A stretch of 64,000 nucleotides of DNA from Paraspadella gotoi (lineage: Eukaryota > Animalia > Chaetognatha): positions 9,912,432-9,976,431 of the forward strand of contig CM119263.1 of the NCBI GenBank assembly GCA_051294375.1. The letters are read 5' to 3'. Below are positions 1 to 15,015 of this stretch, in pieces. A program made the translations under genes and the position numbers. How positions within the stretch are numbered: position 1 is the stretch's first letter; each line of letters begins with the position of its first letter. The notes beneath the pieces were generated by a model. That model saw only the letters and a program-made list of their open reading frames with translations. It did not search any database and was not told the DNA's origin.

Positions 1-3000
1 TGATGAAAAACTTTTTCAAGCCTTGCTACTTTTTCTCGCTTAGGCTTTATTTCTTTTGCTACAGCACAGTAACCCATAACAGCTTCGACAAATCTCAATA
101 AACCAGCTCCAGCCCGAGATATTATCTGTACTTCTTGTATAGTTGCACCCATTTCCTTCATAATACTTTTGACTGCTCTTACTTGGGAGGTGGAAATATT
201 GTCAACATCAAGTTCTTTTAGAGATGCAAGAAAACCAACATCAGCCATCATACCCTTTGCAGTTTTCCAAGAAACATCTTTAATTCCTTTTAAAACAACA
301 ATACATTCGCAAACTTGTTGAACAACTTGTGGGGGTTTGGCAAATGATCTTATTTCAGTAATATCAGATTTTTCCAAAGTATCTAGTGCTTTCCTGGCAG
401 CTTCTAAAGCAGGCAATGCTTCAGATAGAGCTTCTTCTGCAGATGCTTTTTCAACAGCAATTTCTTTATTTTGAATTTCAATTTCCTTTTGTTTTTCCTT
501 CACGACTGATTTTTTACCTTGTGCTTTCTGAGTGCCATCAGAAATTTCTTGTAAGAGCTTTTCACAAGCTTCTGTTTTTTCTGTTACTGCAACTTTTTGA
601 ATTGCAAGTTTTTCATTCATATCTTTTAACTGAATACTGGCTTCATCTAGCTTTTGTATTCCTCCGACAAGACGCTGACAGGATGCTAATATAAAATTGT
701 CTTTTTCTGTTAAAAGGCTTCTGTATGTTTTGATATAATCTAAAAAATTTTGGGGAGTGACATAATTTTGACGTCTTAACTTTTGTGCAAAAATAATGGA
801 GTATTCATTAACTAAACAATGCGTGAAAACTACATGCTCAATAATTGCTTCACGATTTTTGTCTGGAATTAATCTATCTGGAATGTAATCAGCTGACAAG
901 TATGAGGAAGCAACCGCGTAAAGTGCTTGTTCTGGCCAGGCAGAAAACCAATCTATCACACAATTGTTCACCAATCCAGGAAATGCCCGACATCTGCTTC
1001 GAAGTGTATCTCCTACAGGAGACATTGCAATTACCATATGTAAGTTACTAGAACATTTATCTACAAAGTATGACCAGATGGCTTCCTTAGTAAAGCCATA
1101 ACCAGAGTGCAGTGCCTCGTTTCTTAAGTCGGACACTATGCTTTCCTTTTCTTCATCAGCAAATAAAGCGGGTACCATTCCAGATGTAAGCATGTTATTA
1201 ATAAGTTCCAGAAAACCTTCTTCCATTACATGCTGATCACCAAATAAAAACACCGTTTTTTTGTTTTCAATCCCAATTTGATTATATAACGTTTTTAAAT
1301 CTTCTCGTAAGTTTGTTTCATTATAACCTCTGCACAGCTGAATTTCAAAGATTTCACACTCAGCAGAAAAGGCAGCAACTCTTGTTAAACATCTTTTACC
1401 AGACCCACCAACACCCACAAGAAGAGCATTGCCATGATCTAGCCTAAGTAGTCTATGAATTCTCGTCATATGTTCTAAAGCATCATCAAACAAAACTAAA
1501 TCAATTGGGCTCATATGTTCATTATATTCTTCAACGATTTCTTGAAATAAAGCTTTTGCTGCTTCATAATCTTGAATATCTTCATAAATCCGAGGTTCTG
1601 AGTCTTCGAGGGCACTTCTAAAATCACCAAAAACAATAGGATCTTGCAAAATGTAATCAATATGGTCCTTGAACGATGTTGATACAAGGTTTTTAACAAT
1701 CTCATTAACTACCTGTTTATCTTGCTCATTAATTAAACGATCAGAAAAAACCCTTAAACATTCATTTCGCCAAACCCGAACAAAATGCTCGGGATAATCA
1801 ATTCTGTCGGGTACGGTTATACACATACCATGTATTACACGAGACAGGTCTCTAAGATTAAAAACATAGTGGAATTTAGATGGAGTTGGAGGAAGATCAA
1901 TAATTATTTGTTTGTATAAGTTCATCATAAGCTCCACCAATTTTGGCACAATATCTTGAACACCACGTGAAAATCGTAAACAATGTCCCTGTAAAATAGA
2001 ACTAAAAATGTGCATCAAAGACTCATCTGAAGCGGCTGTAACATTGAATAAAGAAAAAAAAGATAAAAATCGACTATCCACTTCATTTCTCCCACCACCA
2101 GCTTTACCCATGGCTGCTAAAATATCATAATCTTTAATATTCTTCCAACTTAAATCTTTACCACGTCCATACATGCCTCCTTTTTCTAAAAATAATTTAA
2201 GAAGAGCAATAGGTTGCTGAGTACCATATTTATCCATTTGCGGCATATTCATATCATCCATAAAAATCACTAAACGACGACCCGCTGGAGGACCATAAGT
2301 ATCTTTAGTTCTTTTTTCTACATTTGCTTCAAGATGACGTTGAACATCCATTGAGGTCGTTCTGGAGGAAAAATTCATATTTAACTGAAGAGAAGAATCA
2401 GCATCTAATGTTTTTAAATATGATAAAACTGATGCTGTCTTTGATGTTCCCGTTTCTCCAACCAAAACAACTGGTTTTGTTATTCTTAACATTAATTGTA
2501 ACAGCCATGTTGAACGTTCTGTATCTGCTGTAGGTACCAAAATATCATTAAATTTAATACCAGAATTGTGATGATATTGCGGGAGTAGATCATGCCACAG
2601 TCTCCATTTTTTATCCAATTCATCAAAATGATAATCATACATGGTCTTTGAAAGAGGAAGCGTTCCTCCACATCCATCAGGACCTGCAAGCATGCTGTCA
2701 TCAGGAATGGTTGACATTGATGCTAATCTTTTTGCATAACTGTCAAATTTGGGTCGTGATTCTTCAATCAAACTACCACCAAGAGACCAAAATAGTGCCT
2801 GAATGAAATAACATTCTAATACCTCTGGTTCTGAACATTCTTTCTGAAGCTGTGCATCAAGCATGCTGCACAGTTGTTTTACCATTTGAAGAGGGGTGAG
2901 AGGGCAAATAGTTTTCAGCTTTGCCACTTGTTTTGTTTCCAAAATACCTTCATGTATGTAACAAATTAAGTGGTCGATATATTTTTCATACAGATTTTCT

Positions 3001-6000
3001 AAACCTTCCTGTTCTTCTAATTTTTTGTCTTTAATCCATCTTTTCCAATAAGGTTTATGTCCTAGGTTTTTAGGATCAATATAGACCATGCCACATCTAG
3101 AAACTGTCGCTGGAGAAGCATACTGTAAATCAGCCACTTCAAAGAGAATTGCGCAATGAGACTGAAGTCTTATCCTCTCTCCATTAGCAAGTGTTAATAA
3201 TTTATTATCATCCATCACTGAATTCATATTTTCTACCCAAAGAGCATCAACATCGCCATCAAACAGAATGTACTTTTTTTCTTTTTTTTCTGTTGGTCTA
3301 TTAATTTCTCGGAATAGATTTGAAAGTAAACCATCGGTCCAATCGCGTGTATTAGGATCAAGCACCCCATATAGCTCTACGACTGAGCAGGATTTGGGAT
3401 TTAATGTATAAAGTTTGGTGTTTATACCTAGCTTAGTTTGTCCAGAACACAGTGCATGGATGACAATTGATTTCCCACCACCTGTAGGACCCACGCACAT
3501 CACTGTATGACGTGTCATCATGGTTTCATACAACTGAATGACCTTATCTGCCTGATTTGAGATGGCAATCATCTTTTGTTCAGCCAAGTAATCTTCAACT
3601 GCATCATTGAAGTTTGCGTAGCGAACGCGAGGGCAATCTAACCCGGGAAAAAGGTCTGTAATGAGACCAAGGAATAAAGGGACATCTTCAAAAACAAACT
3701 TGGGCAAATTCATATCTCTTAAAGCTCTCATCAAAACAATATCTTCTGTAAGCTCAGGAGAGCCTCTCTTAAGATTTCCCGCCATAACTAAAACTGATTT
3801 TAAAGCACGAAGACCAAAATCATAGTGATGTTGCTTTGATAACTGTTCCCGAGATAACTTATAAAGCACAGTCATTTTTTTGGCTAAAACTTTAGCTTGA
3901 CTAAATCCTTCTGAAAATAACATTATTTCACAGATTTGCTGCATATCTGGCACAATACAAACAACTGGCCTAAATAAAGCTTTAACACTTTCAGGGAGTT
4001 CAGTACGACCCGCATAACCTGGATTCATTGTGATTATAATTCCAACCCTCCTATCTAAAGCAATTTCTTGTCCCTCAAACTGAAACCGTTTAGCATTTAA
4101 TGATAAAGCATACTGTATAGTTTTCAATTGGGCAGAAATAACAGATAATACAGAAGCATCTATTCGATTGAACTCATCAAAGCATCCCCACGCTCCACAT
4201 TGAGCTAAACCAGACAAATTTTTACCAATTGATTTAAAATCCATTCCCTCACCACAATTAGTAACTATGCAAAGTAGTCCAAGCGCTTTTGCTAAATCCT
4301 TTGTAGTTTCTGTTTTACCAGTCCCAGCTGGACCTGCTGGCGCTCCTCCTAAATGCATGGACATCGCCTGAGTCAAAGTTAAATAGATTCGATCTGTTAA
4401 TGGGGTTATTACTAATCTTCCATTCAAACCCATGTATTCATAGCCATAATAAAAAGCTCCAGTACATTGTTTTACAACTAAATCATCTGAATTTTGTTCC
4501 CAATAAAACCGTAATTGACTCTCCCAATCAAACTCGCGTGAATCCATAATGCTATCCCGAACAAACCCATCAATAATGTCTCTACAATGTACATCAATAA
4601 TAAGAACAGTGTTTATTTTAGTTCTATCATTTGTTTTCATGCGAGGATTTCTAACTCCTTCAACTAATTCCTCTATTTGACCATGCAACTTTTTGGCATA
4701 ATGCTTCATTGCAAGTTTATGCTCACCACCTTTTTTAACTTTTTCAAACACATCTTCTACCTCAGCTGTCCACCAAACTTGATTTGCAGCTAAAACTACC
4801 ATACCCTGATAGTCGAACATCCATTCATATCTTGCTTTTGCATGACAATAAAAAAATATAGATTCTTTAGTAATAAGCCGATTTGTTCTTCTCATTTCTT
4901 GTAAAACTTCTGTCATCCATTCTTCAACTCTTCCTTCAGCAGGGATTGAAAATCTAAACGCCATTTGTTCTCCCTCAGATGAATTCATTGCTCTGACAAG
5001 CATTTCATGATTAGCTCCTTTTTGAAAAGTTAGACTAGAGATATTGTCATACATTTTTATCATATGTTCCTGAACACAGCCAGGATCAGCAGAACCTAAC
5101 ACGCTTAACAGTTCATCATCTGAAATAAAAAAAAACCTAGGAAAAGCATTCCTTTTAGAATCAAGATAATCATTTAAAGACTTTTGGCATTTTTCTAACC
5201 CAATAGATAAGTTTTCTAAATCAGATAATCTGTTAGGAACATGGCAAGCTTCTTTAATATTTGGCCTTTTATTAGTTTCAACCAGTATTTTTTTATATGT
5301 TTTATCAATCATATCAAATTTTTTTGCTTCTTCAGGAAGCTGAGAACGAATGTCACCACCCACAAAGATACTTTCCAAATACATCCACTTCCTCTGAACT
5401 ATCATCCAAACTTCTATCACTTCAGCAATAAGTGATAAGCTTTTTTCCCAATTTTGTACAGTGTTTAAAAATGGACCAATAAAGCGTGAAGCAGACATGC
5501 TTTGTAAATTCATCACATTATCATCCAGGATTTGAAGGATATCATCAACAGAACCTAAAATGTATCCGCGTTCCTTTTTGCCTTTCATGTAGCGTTGTAC
5601 ATTGAATTTCATGTTGTCCCAGGTTTCTTGAATTTCTTTCACACCACTCTCTATTGATAACTCTTTATAAGCTGATGTGACAATTTCAACAATAGTTTCT
5701 TTGTGATTATGAAGATTCATAGCAAAAAGGTTGGCAAGGGTGAATGTTTCTGGGTTCATGTCGAAATCTTGTCCAGTTTTTTCCATGAGCTCCTTCCAAT
5801 GCCTTTCTCGTAAGGCTTTGTTCTTGAGATCAAGGAATAATGGGATGGATGATTTAAACTCTTGCATCTTTTCTTCAAGTACCATTGCTGAAGATAAGCT
5901 CTTAACCTCATGTGGAAGTAAGCGCAAACGCTTCAAAAATGAATCTATACCATCTTGTAAATGCTGAACATCAAGATTAGCCCATAAAGCTTCTGCCCAT

Positions 6001-9000
6001 TCTGCTCTTGCCTTTTTTTGTTCTTCATACAAGGCATAAATTTGTGTTAAACCATTCATATCTTTTTGTACCTGCAGTAAGTCGGGGTAGAGAGTAATGG
6101 GCAGGTCAAAGAGTTTTTCAGCATCAGCAAGATCTTTTTGTACATTTTCATATTTTGTAAGCTCATTCCGATAAGACTTCATTTGATCCATCCCTTTCTC
6201 CAAATCTTGAGCAACAGCACCAGGGCCTTCAGAGCAAAAGCGATTATAAAATTGGGTCAGCTCCTCCCCGAATTCTCTTATTTGTTGCAGGGTAATAGCA
6301 GCAAATTTTTTTTTTACATCTAACAAAGAAGAATCAACCACTTTGGAATCAAAAAAAAGCTTTTCCCATTCTTCATAAATAGAATTTTGCAATGCTATTT
6401 CTTCATCTAATACTGTTAAGTTGAACATAAGTAGTACTCTGTATCGCTCTTGAATGTCTAAATATTGAAATTCAACATTTAAAGTCATTTCTTTTATATC
6501 AGCAATTGTCTTTAGCACAAACTTTAAATCACTAAGGGTTTCAGGCGATTTAGAAAGATCTTCACGTTTTCCATCAATTTCCACTTTAAGAGCATATAGA
6601 TTAGTTCGAGCAGAATCATTTAATAGCTTTCCCAAAATTTGTATCCAGCCTTTAGCATGATCTCTCACAGAATCTGCTAGAGGTCCCATGTGAAGTTTGA
6701 TCATATCTTGATCTTTTGACATCGGTAATTTTTTTATTTCTTCAATAGTTCGACAATAAAATTGAAGTTGTTCATCAAACATGACAACGGTAGGGTTCTT
6801 TGCAAACCATCTATCTAAAACAGCAGATTTATCTACTTTCCAAATTTTTCTATAACGTTTCCACTTGTGTAAGTATTGCTGTAAATTAAACAACATTTTT
6901 TGGTATGTATTTTGAGTAATGTTAAAATAATTTATTGTATCAGAATTCTGAGCAATGTCAGAAAAAAATGTGAAAGTTACTAAATTATCTTCTCCATCAA
7001 CTTTTTGGGGTAGCGTTTCCAAACAAGTTCCAGTCATCCACCGAATAAATATTTTGGTACCTTCTATACAGTCACGAACACATTGCAAAAACAATTTGTC
7101 CAACTCATTTGCAGGTGGATGCAACACAACATCTGGAGCAGCCAAAAGGGTTTCCACTTGAAAAAGTTGATTACTCCCAGCCATGTCTTTGTTAAAACGT
7201 TTCAGATTACTACTAATAAGTCTTGTTAATGTCTTAAAAACTTTTGCTTCCCAGTAGGAGTAATAATTCATCATTTTTTGTGACTTACCAGTATTAGTTA
7301 AAAATACCAAACCTTCCATCTTTGTCAGCAATGGCCCAATCGCACGATATCTTTGGGCTATCACTTCAAAGTCTTTGGCTCTTTCCTTTTCAATAAATTC
7401 AAAAAATTCTTTTGCACTGGGTAAAATGGTGCCAAATTTCAAAGGAGGATACTTGAATAAATCAGTATCTTCAATCATTCTTAATCTTAAATTTATATCT
7501 TTTGCATTTTTCTGTATTTGGTTTACTAAGGATTCAAATTTAGCAATAGCCTGCTGGCACTTACCAATGAAATCAGTAATACCCAGAGAATTCCAGTTAA
7601 ATCGTTTTGAACCAGGCCGAATTACGCGACGTAATTCTTCAATGTGTTCTTGTAGTAAATCTAATTCTGCTTCTTCGAGCAAGCCTAGAATTGTGTGATA
7701 TCTGCTTAGCATGAGATTGAGACCATCAACATGTTTTATGTATTTTTCCTCTTGCAAAGCCACATTTCTTGCTAGCTCAGGTACTGCAAATCCCAAATGT
7801 TCCATATACTTAGCTTCAATTATTATTCGATTTAATTCTGGAGCAAAATTTACAACATACTTAACTTCTCTTTGTGTTCCCTGGACATCATATTCTAAGG
7901 GTTTATTGTTATCAACATTGCTAAATGTCAACATTTCATCTTGCTTTATCAACAAGTTTCGCTTTAAAAGACTAGGTAGAGTAGATTCTACTTCCTCTTG
8001 CCATTGTATGAATTTCTGCTCCTCAAAGTCTCGCATTCTTCTACCAACAACCAAGTAATTGCTTCTTGCTTCCAAAGCTTGTTCACTTTTGATCATATCA
8101 TCCATGGCTTGAAAACTAATTATTGTATGCTTAATTCTGAAAAACAATGAACGGCACCAAAATATTGATCCTGCCACTGGTGGGTGGTTTTTGTAGAGTG
8201 GAGGAGACTCTTGAAATTCGGTAAAAATAGCATCCATTTTTTCCACCTCTTTACCATATTGCAACAATATGTCATTAAATTTCATCATCATTTGATTATT
8301 TATTGACTCTCTTGATTTAATATGTTTGAAATTCAATAACATTTCGAAGGCTCCTTCAGCTGAGCGTAGTTTTTTAAAAGATTCATCTATAAAGTTCTTA
8401 GCCTCAATTTCAATACACTGTACTTCCCTGTTGAAAGCATCCATCCTAGCCCGCCAAGCCAATGATTTATGACTGATAAATGGATCAAAGGTGACCTTCT
8501 CGATGAGCAAAACTAAAGCATCAACTCGCTTTAAAACAGCTTCAATCCTTTCCGGATCTCCAGTTACGGCTTTTAACTCTGGCCCAAAAATATTATGAAA
8601 TTCTTCCAAAACTTGAGCAACATTATAAAAATCTTGGCAAATTAAAGACATGTAATCAGTTAATTCAAACAATCTTTTACGGTCAAACTCCCATCTAGAG
8701 TCTCTTCCTGAAGCTTCAATTCGAGCCCTTACCTCGAAATATGATTCGCTCCAAAGATCAAGCACTTTCTTTGCCTCACTAGTTTTTCTTTTAACTTCAT
8801 GAGGAGGATCTTCATACAAAGTTCTGACATTAATAACTCTGGCAACTCTTTCAGCAAGTTCCCACGCAATTCTCTCCATCAGGGGCACCATTCTTTCATC
8901 TCGGTTATAATGTCTGGATATAATCCACACCATTCTCAGAGCATTCATCATCGAAGGAATAGTTTCTAAAACCACATGAAAATTGGCACCAAAAGTAATA

Positions 9001-9388
9001 TTTTTAAAATGGCGTTCAAGTGTTGAAAGAAATCGAACATTATCTTTTGCTTCTGTATGAAAGTTACTAAGCTCCGCTCGATGATATTCAAAATTTTGTA
9101 CTACAACTGAATCAGCTTTCTGTAGTACTAGTAAATACTTCCTTACAATTTCTGTTTTTAATTGTTCCAGCAAAGCACTTAAAGCAGCATTTCGCTCACG
9201 CCAAAACTCAATTTCAGCAAGGGGGCCCTTTCCTTGAGGAGTCTTGTTTAACTGCAATTCTAAAGCAGATGCAACTTGCTTACCCCAATCACTAACCACA
9301 GCTTCAAGTGTTTCAATAAGTTCACTGTTACGAACATTATCAGTCATGTGATCACTTATTGGCAGCTCCGGAACATGAAGTCGAACGC
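1..9388 (-). CDS. DNAH10: Axonemal dynein heavy chain 10, exon 8: giant exon encoding tail, linker, AAA1-AAA4 and start of stalk; continues past window start
   Basis: Same reading frame checked at 9386, 4349, 2459 and 269. P-loops [10 protein letters not shown] (~4310-4335), GPTGGGKS (~3470-3490), GETGTSKT (~2440-2460), GVGGSGK (~1395-1415). Acceptor ttttttAG at 9389-9390 joins upstream IEGG to VRLHVPELP. The ORF track lists no stop-terminated ORF in this frame, consistent with it being open to the window edge. Confidence 0.95.
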
Positions 9389-9525
9389 CTAAAAAATGAG
9401 TATATTTTTTCATTTATATTTAAGAGTAAGGAAATTGTTTTAGTTTTTAATTTTATTAGAAATAAGAAGATATGTTTCTACACGCCTTCTTCAGCGCAAA
9501 ACAGATTGTTAAATTTACAAAAGAT

Positions 9526-9692
9526 GTCATTCGCCTCTCAACCCAAAGGTCCAGGGTTCTAGCGCGGTGGTCGCCTAGCAGTTAAGAGGGACGGGGCGCT
9601 TAACCCGCCTGTAACACGGTGTTACAGCCTGATCCAAAGCTGCTTATATTAAACGGTTCTGTCACTAACTCAACAATTATAACTATCTCGTC
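9526..9692 (+). mobile_element. TRIM family A LTR fragment
   Basis: Near-identical to the 3' two-thirds of the family A LTR, with a deletion in the ribozyme P4/P5 region. Confidence 0.8.
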
Positions 9693-9847
9693 ACGTGGAA
9701 CAAAACGGTATAAATTAAAGATTAGAAATGTTTATCAAACAATTCATTAAAATTTAAATGACTGACATTTTTGGTGTCATAATAAAATAACCCCGGGCTA
9801 TAAACGTTTGTAATTCATGTAAAAAAAGCTGTAAACTCATTGAATAC

Positions 9848-10100
9848 CTCCTTCAATCTGCTGTATTGTTCTAGATACAGAGGCCGAAAATTTTTGCATG
9901 TTGACAGTAAATTCGTCTCGTAACATCGCCGCTTTGTTTCGAGATTCAGTGGGTAATGATTTGTCTTCACCACCTGACGCTTGTGATGCAGTGTCTTCGG
10001 ATTGAGAAGGCGAAACTGGGCGCGTCATATCTTTGGTACTTCCCGGAATATGTTTTTCGAACGTTAAATTAGGCTGTAACTGATCCATCAAATCATTTTT
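9848..10100 (-). CDS. DNAH10: DNAH10 exon 7
   Basis: KNDLMDQ...RDEFTVNMQKFSASVSRTIQQIEG resembles the DNAH10 RDEFxxNxQKF...RTxQQxEG segment; cAG acceptor at 10101-10102, GT donor at 9846-9847; phases 0/1 fit neighbours. Confidence 0.9.
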
Positions 10101-10386
10101 CTGTAGGCATTTATAAGATGAAATGAAATTAAAAAGCTTAGGCATTTCCTACAATAATATTCCCAGTGTTATGTTACTAATAAGTTTAAAGTTTATTTAG
10201 TATTAATTTAACATTGTAAATTTTTATAGTTTTCCTTCTTCCATCCATACATCTACCCTTGGTTCCTTGCTTATTGTCTACTTACAATGAATATTTGTAT
10301 CTGAGATTGGAAATTGTGTTCTCAAAATGTGGTTACTGTTTCTGCTTTATTACATGGTTCTAAGAATACAACGTTATAGTTAAGGT

Positions 10387-11111
10387 AGGAGTCTACGTCG
10401 TTCTTAAAAATCGAGAAAGACTTTTTTTTCAATGGCGATTTTCGTTAAAATCTGACTACCAAATAATGTCAACGCCCCTGGGAAAAATTCAGGTAAAAAA
10501 TAGATTTAAAAACACTCGATTCCGATCCTGTTACATCTGAAGGGCTCACATTTTTTTTCTCTTGACAAATAACCATCATTTTGACATCAAACCATCAGAT
10601 TCAAATGGACTGATCCGCTCGGGAAAATATTTTTGAGGCGATTTTTCTAAATAAAATAAAGGGATTTCTCAACTTCAATACAATGTCAATGCATTTAACA
10701 TATGTTGTGATTTTACAATACACTTCGAATTCAGGAATCCGATAGCCATATTTCTGAAGGGCTCTCAAAATTTTTTTTTACATTTTATTTGGTGATTTTG
10801 ATATGATACGATCATGGGAAATTGAATTAGTCCATTTTGGTGAAATTTTTATTAAAAGTAAAAGTAAAAAAGGAGCTAACGATCGGAATTCTAAGAGTTT
10901 TCAACCGGGAGTCAGATTCGGGAAAAATCTTCTAAGGCGAAAATCTTCCAAAGAAGGGGTAAATTTTCCGAAGATTTTGGTTAATATTTTCTATATTTAT
11001 GGTAGGATTTTTTTGAAACTTAATATTAACAATATTGCCATAATTCTACCTTGGCCGGTATAAGAATATATTAAAAAAACCTCTGGCTTTGTTTGTCAGA
11101 GCTTAGTCCTA
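10387..11111. repeat. ~720-bp interspersed repeat, second copy at ~25385-26104
   Basis: Two highly similar colinear copies (gagtctacgtcgttct ... cagagcttagtccta); class not determined. Confidence 0.8.
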
Positions 11112-13883
11112 AATAATTTCCATCTCTTTTGATCTCAGTGATTAGTATGAAGTTTTTGTTATTTAAAAAAATGGTTTGCTATGGTTATCTCATTCTTATT
11201 ATTATCTAGTTCAGTTAAATTTCAACAAGTTAAAAATATGGTAAGACATGATTACCTCGGAGATTATCAATCTAATCAAACTACCTAATTTGAGATGTAA
11301 GTATGAATGAATTTTTATGGTACCAACAACTTTTAAAGATCAAATTCCTCCTTTTAATTTTTGTGACTTTTATTTACACAAAGCTTTTCAGGCAAGACGC
11401 CACATTATCTGATACAATTTTTAGTCTAAAAATATCCGATAATTTACTTTGTCGGTCCGCCCCCTAAATCTTGTCGGGCATTCACTTATATCATGTCAGA
11501 ACATTGAATTATGATAAATTATGCAAAAAAAACCAAAAAAAAAAAAACGATGTCCTCCGTCCGTCTGTCCCACCTTAGCAAAAAATAATTACTCGTGATT
11601 GGATGGATGGATTGGAATGAAATTTTGTATGTGGGTAGGGAAGTGTGTGATTGAGCTGGATATGAAGTTTCGATGGAATCGTCCGAGTGGAAATGAGTTT
11701 AAATGGAAAAAAAATATATATTTGACTATTTGAACACCAATGGGATGGGGGATGGGGCGATTTTGTATTTGGGTAGAAACGTGTGTGATTAAACTGGAAA
11801 TCAAGTTTTGATGGAATCGTTTGAGTGAAAATGAGTTTAAATTGAAAAAACAAAGAACCTGTTTAACTAATTGATTATGTTTCTTTTTTTAAATTTTAAA
11901 TGTAAATGCAAGATGTATTAAATAATCAAATAATGAATCAGTTAATTAATCTATTAGTGAATTAATTAATCAATAATTAATTAATCAGTCAATTAATCAA
12001 TCAAACCAAACATTTCGGATCAAATTAATTAATTGCCTAATTAAATAATTAACTGAAATAAATAATTATTAATTAATTAATAATTAATTAGCTTGAATTA
12101 ATTATTAATTAATTAATTAATTACCGATAATGATCGTGGGCAGATCCGACATTGTTTGCTCAAACTTGTTTCCTTTCATACCGTTTCCCTGATTCTTTTT
12201 CCTCATCTCTTTTCTTCTCTGTGTTTCTATTTTTATCTTCCTCTTTCCTCCCCTACTTTTCATGTCATAACTTACCTTTTCTACGACCCTACCTTTCTCT
12301 ACCACTATTTGACCTTCCTTATTCTTATCTCTCGCCTTCTTTCCTTCTCTTTCTTTCCCCCTTTTTTTCTCATCTCTTTTTCTTTCCATTTTCCCTTCTT
12401 TTTCCGCCTTTCCTTTATCTCCCTATTTTTTTCCTTTGCCTCCTCCCTTCTTCTTTTCTTGTTCTCCTTTTTCTGTTCCCTCCCACTACTTTTCTGCATT
12501 TACATTGAGCCAAATCAAAGAAATTCCTTAATATTCATTATAAGAAAACAAATTTACGGTATCTCATGATTTTATTTCAATTTTGGTTGCCAAGCAGATT
12601 TAGTAAATCGACAGATTTTACGGAAAATTGGTTTAAAAGGATGCGGTTTTTTTTTTTATTAACGTCAGTAAGTTCCTTAACTGTTAAAACTATAAAATAA
12701 ATTTAAAATCTTATCTTTATTAAAAATAAATGCAAGTCACAAAAAGTCACAAATTAATTGTCGTCTTTAAAAATTATTTATGGCTAAACAAGAGTTTTTT
12801 TTTGATAATTTTGTAGGTGTTAAAAGCTTATTCTGTGGGCTATATTTTCTGTTAGAGCTAATTTAAACTATTTTTGTTTAATAAATTATAATAAAAACTA
12901 AAACAGACTTTTTGACTTGTCAACTTTAAAATTAATTCTTAAGTGAACTATGAATGATATAAGGAAAATATTTTACTCAAGGGTGAAGAAGATAAGGAAG
13001 AAAGGAATTCTAAAATAAAAAAATTTTTCTCAACTTTCCTTGGCATTCAAATTTGAAGACGAAAGTGAAAATGGACAAAAATGGACATGATCTTTTTTCC
13101 TAAAAGTGGCGAAAATGTTACTCTTATATGATTAGAAATAGCTGGAGATGGTTTTAACCAATCCGTATTTTGGCCTAATTTATATTATAGTGCAAATTAA
13201 ATTAATTTTGTTAATAAGTAACTCAACAATACTGGAAAAAGTAGTTTTTTTTCTGAATGCGAGGATTGTAAGCAGAGGCCCAGGTACTCTGGGAATGAAT
13301 AAAAGAGACTGTGAAAGAGTCTTGAAAGCTTGGAGGGACCTGCTATGTCATTATCTTGTAAGAGTGATGGAGGCCTTAAACCACCAAAGTCAGTCCAAAG
13401 TCAAGGGCAAGATAGCTTATTTATTTAATGAATGGATAATTTTTATATTGGTTGTACCAATTTCAAATAAAATAAAATATATAAAAAACAATTAGTGAAT
13501 CAGGTTTTTTCCATTTGAACTCATTTCCACTCATACGATTCCAATCCATACAACCAATCACGAGTAATTGGAGTTTTTGCTAAAGGAGGGACGGACAGAC
13601 TGTTGGACGGACGGACTTTAATTGCATAATTTATCATAATTTGATGTTCTAACTTCATTTAAATGATTTACCGACAAGGTTGAGGGGGTGGACCGACGGA
13701 CCGACAAAGTGAATTATAGAGCCGGAATCTGCTGTAAACAAATCTGGCTAAAAATAAATAGCTAAAAAGCAAATTTATGCTTATTATTAAATTGTGATTT
13801 ACTATTTTAAATCATTTTTTCTTGGGCTTTTTCATAATACCCAAATAAATAAAATGAAAAAATGAATGTCCGATAATACAAAC

Positions 13884-14032
13884 CTGGGCGTGATGGGAGA
13901 ATAGTGGCATAAAGACGTTGCAAAGAAGCTGTTCCATCATTAGCAAACAATGGCCGTTCAAAACGCCGTAGTCTAAATATGCTGGCATTGCTTGATTAGC
14001 TTCTTGTACAGTTGGAAATGTTGGAATAATTC
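13884..14032 (-). CDS. DNAH10: DNAH10 exon 6
   Basis: GIIPTFPTVQEANQAMPAYLDYGVLNGHCLLMMEQLLCNVFMPLFSHHAQ, similar to the DNAH10 N-terminal MPxxLEYGxxN...VFLP segment; AG/GT boundaries, phases 1/0. Confidence 0.88.
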
Positions 14033-14123
14033 CTTTTAAAAAGTAATAAATATTAGAACTTTTTCGTCAAAGTAATTTCCTTCTATTTTTATACTGTCTT
14101 TTCCTTCGCCAAAATACGATATA

Positions 14124-14657
14124 CATGGTGACAATTTTACAAGCGCCGTTAGAAATATGCTGTCATTTGCAAACCAGTGGTTATTTCATTAATTTTAAAA
14201 ATTAGTTGAGTAGAAAATACTAAAACTATTTATGTGTTAAAATTTTATATTGATCAGTTAAGATATGCCTTGACAATGAGTGCAGAAAGTTGGCTTGTCA
14301 AATCGGGTTTCATTTTCCAACTCACTTTTATTAAATTTTTTTTTTCAACTTTTAGCACATTTTTAAACAAAGTATTTATTAAAATATTAACAATATTAAT
14401 ATCCTCAGAAAGCCCTTAAAAATATAAAGAGATTAATATACTTACGAATGCTCTAACATAAAAAGTAAGCTGCTCAGCCTTTGTTGAGTGTCAAAAGTGA
14501 ATTATTTAAAATTTTAAATCTTTTTTCAAAATATATGACCTGTTTAAATTATTATAACAAAAAATATTATTATTTATATAAGTATCATGAAAGAGCCTGA
14601 GAAAAATAGATTTAAGATAACCAAATTTCTACCGGCGTTTGTAAAATTGTCACCATG
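14124..14657. mobile_element. Tc1/mariner-type MITE
   Basis: TIR catggtgacaattttacaagcgccg / cggcgtttgtaaaattgtcaccatg flanked by TA; related partial copy at ~54280-54865. Confidence 0.85.
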
Positions 14658-15015
14658 TATGTAGTCTCTAGATTAACTTTTCATTTTTCTTTTTTTTTCC
14701 AAATGAACATTTGACAATTATAGATCGTAGAGAGATGGAAAATATTAAACATGAGAACCTGAAAGACAGAGCAGGCCTACGAATCTACTCACCACAGAAC
14801 CGTTTTGCAAGTCAGTTAACCTGACTCAGGTAAACAATTTCATATCATTGAGTTACCTAACTACACTACATAAAAAAGTTCTTACTCTGTCTCAAATACG
14901 CGAATATATCTAGGTGGACTGTAAAAAAAAATCTATGGTAAATGAACCTCTTTTAAAGAGCAATCGGTCGGTGCACAAAAAATTTAAATCGGTAGAGCCA
15001 GTGAAATATAGCAAC

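Noticed and set aside
386-8058. Many plus-strand ORFs in the ORF track
   Set aside because: Antisense shadows of the DNAH10 giant exon.
12117-12569. K/R/E-rich and F/L/S-rich ORFs (also at 17350, 21251-21863, 29087, 34307, 37689, 62806)
   Set aside because: Translations of purine/pyrimidine tracts, microsatellites and minisatellites within repeats.
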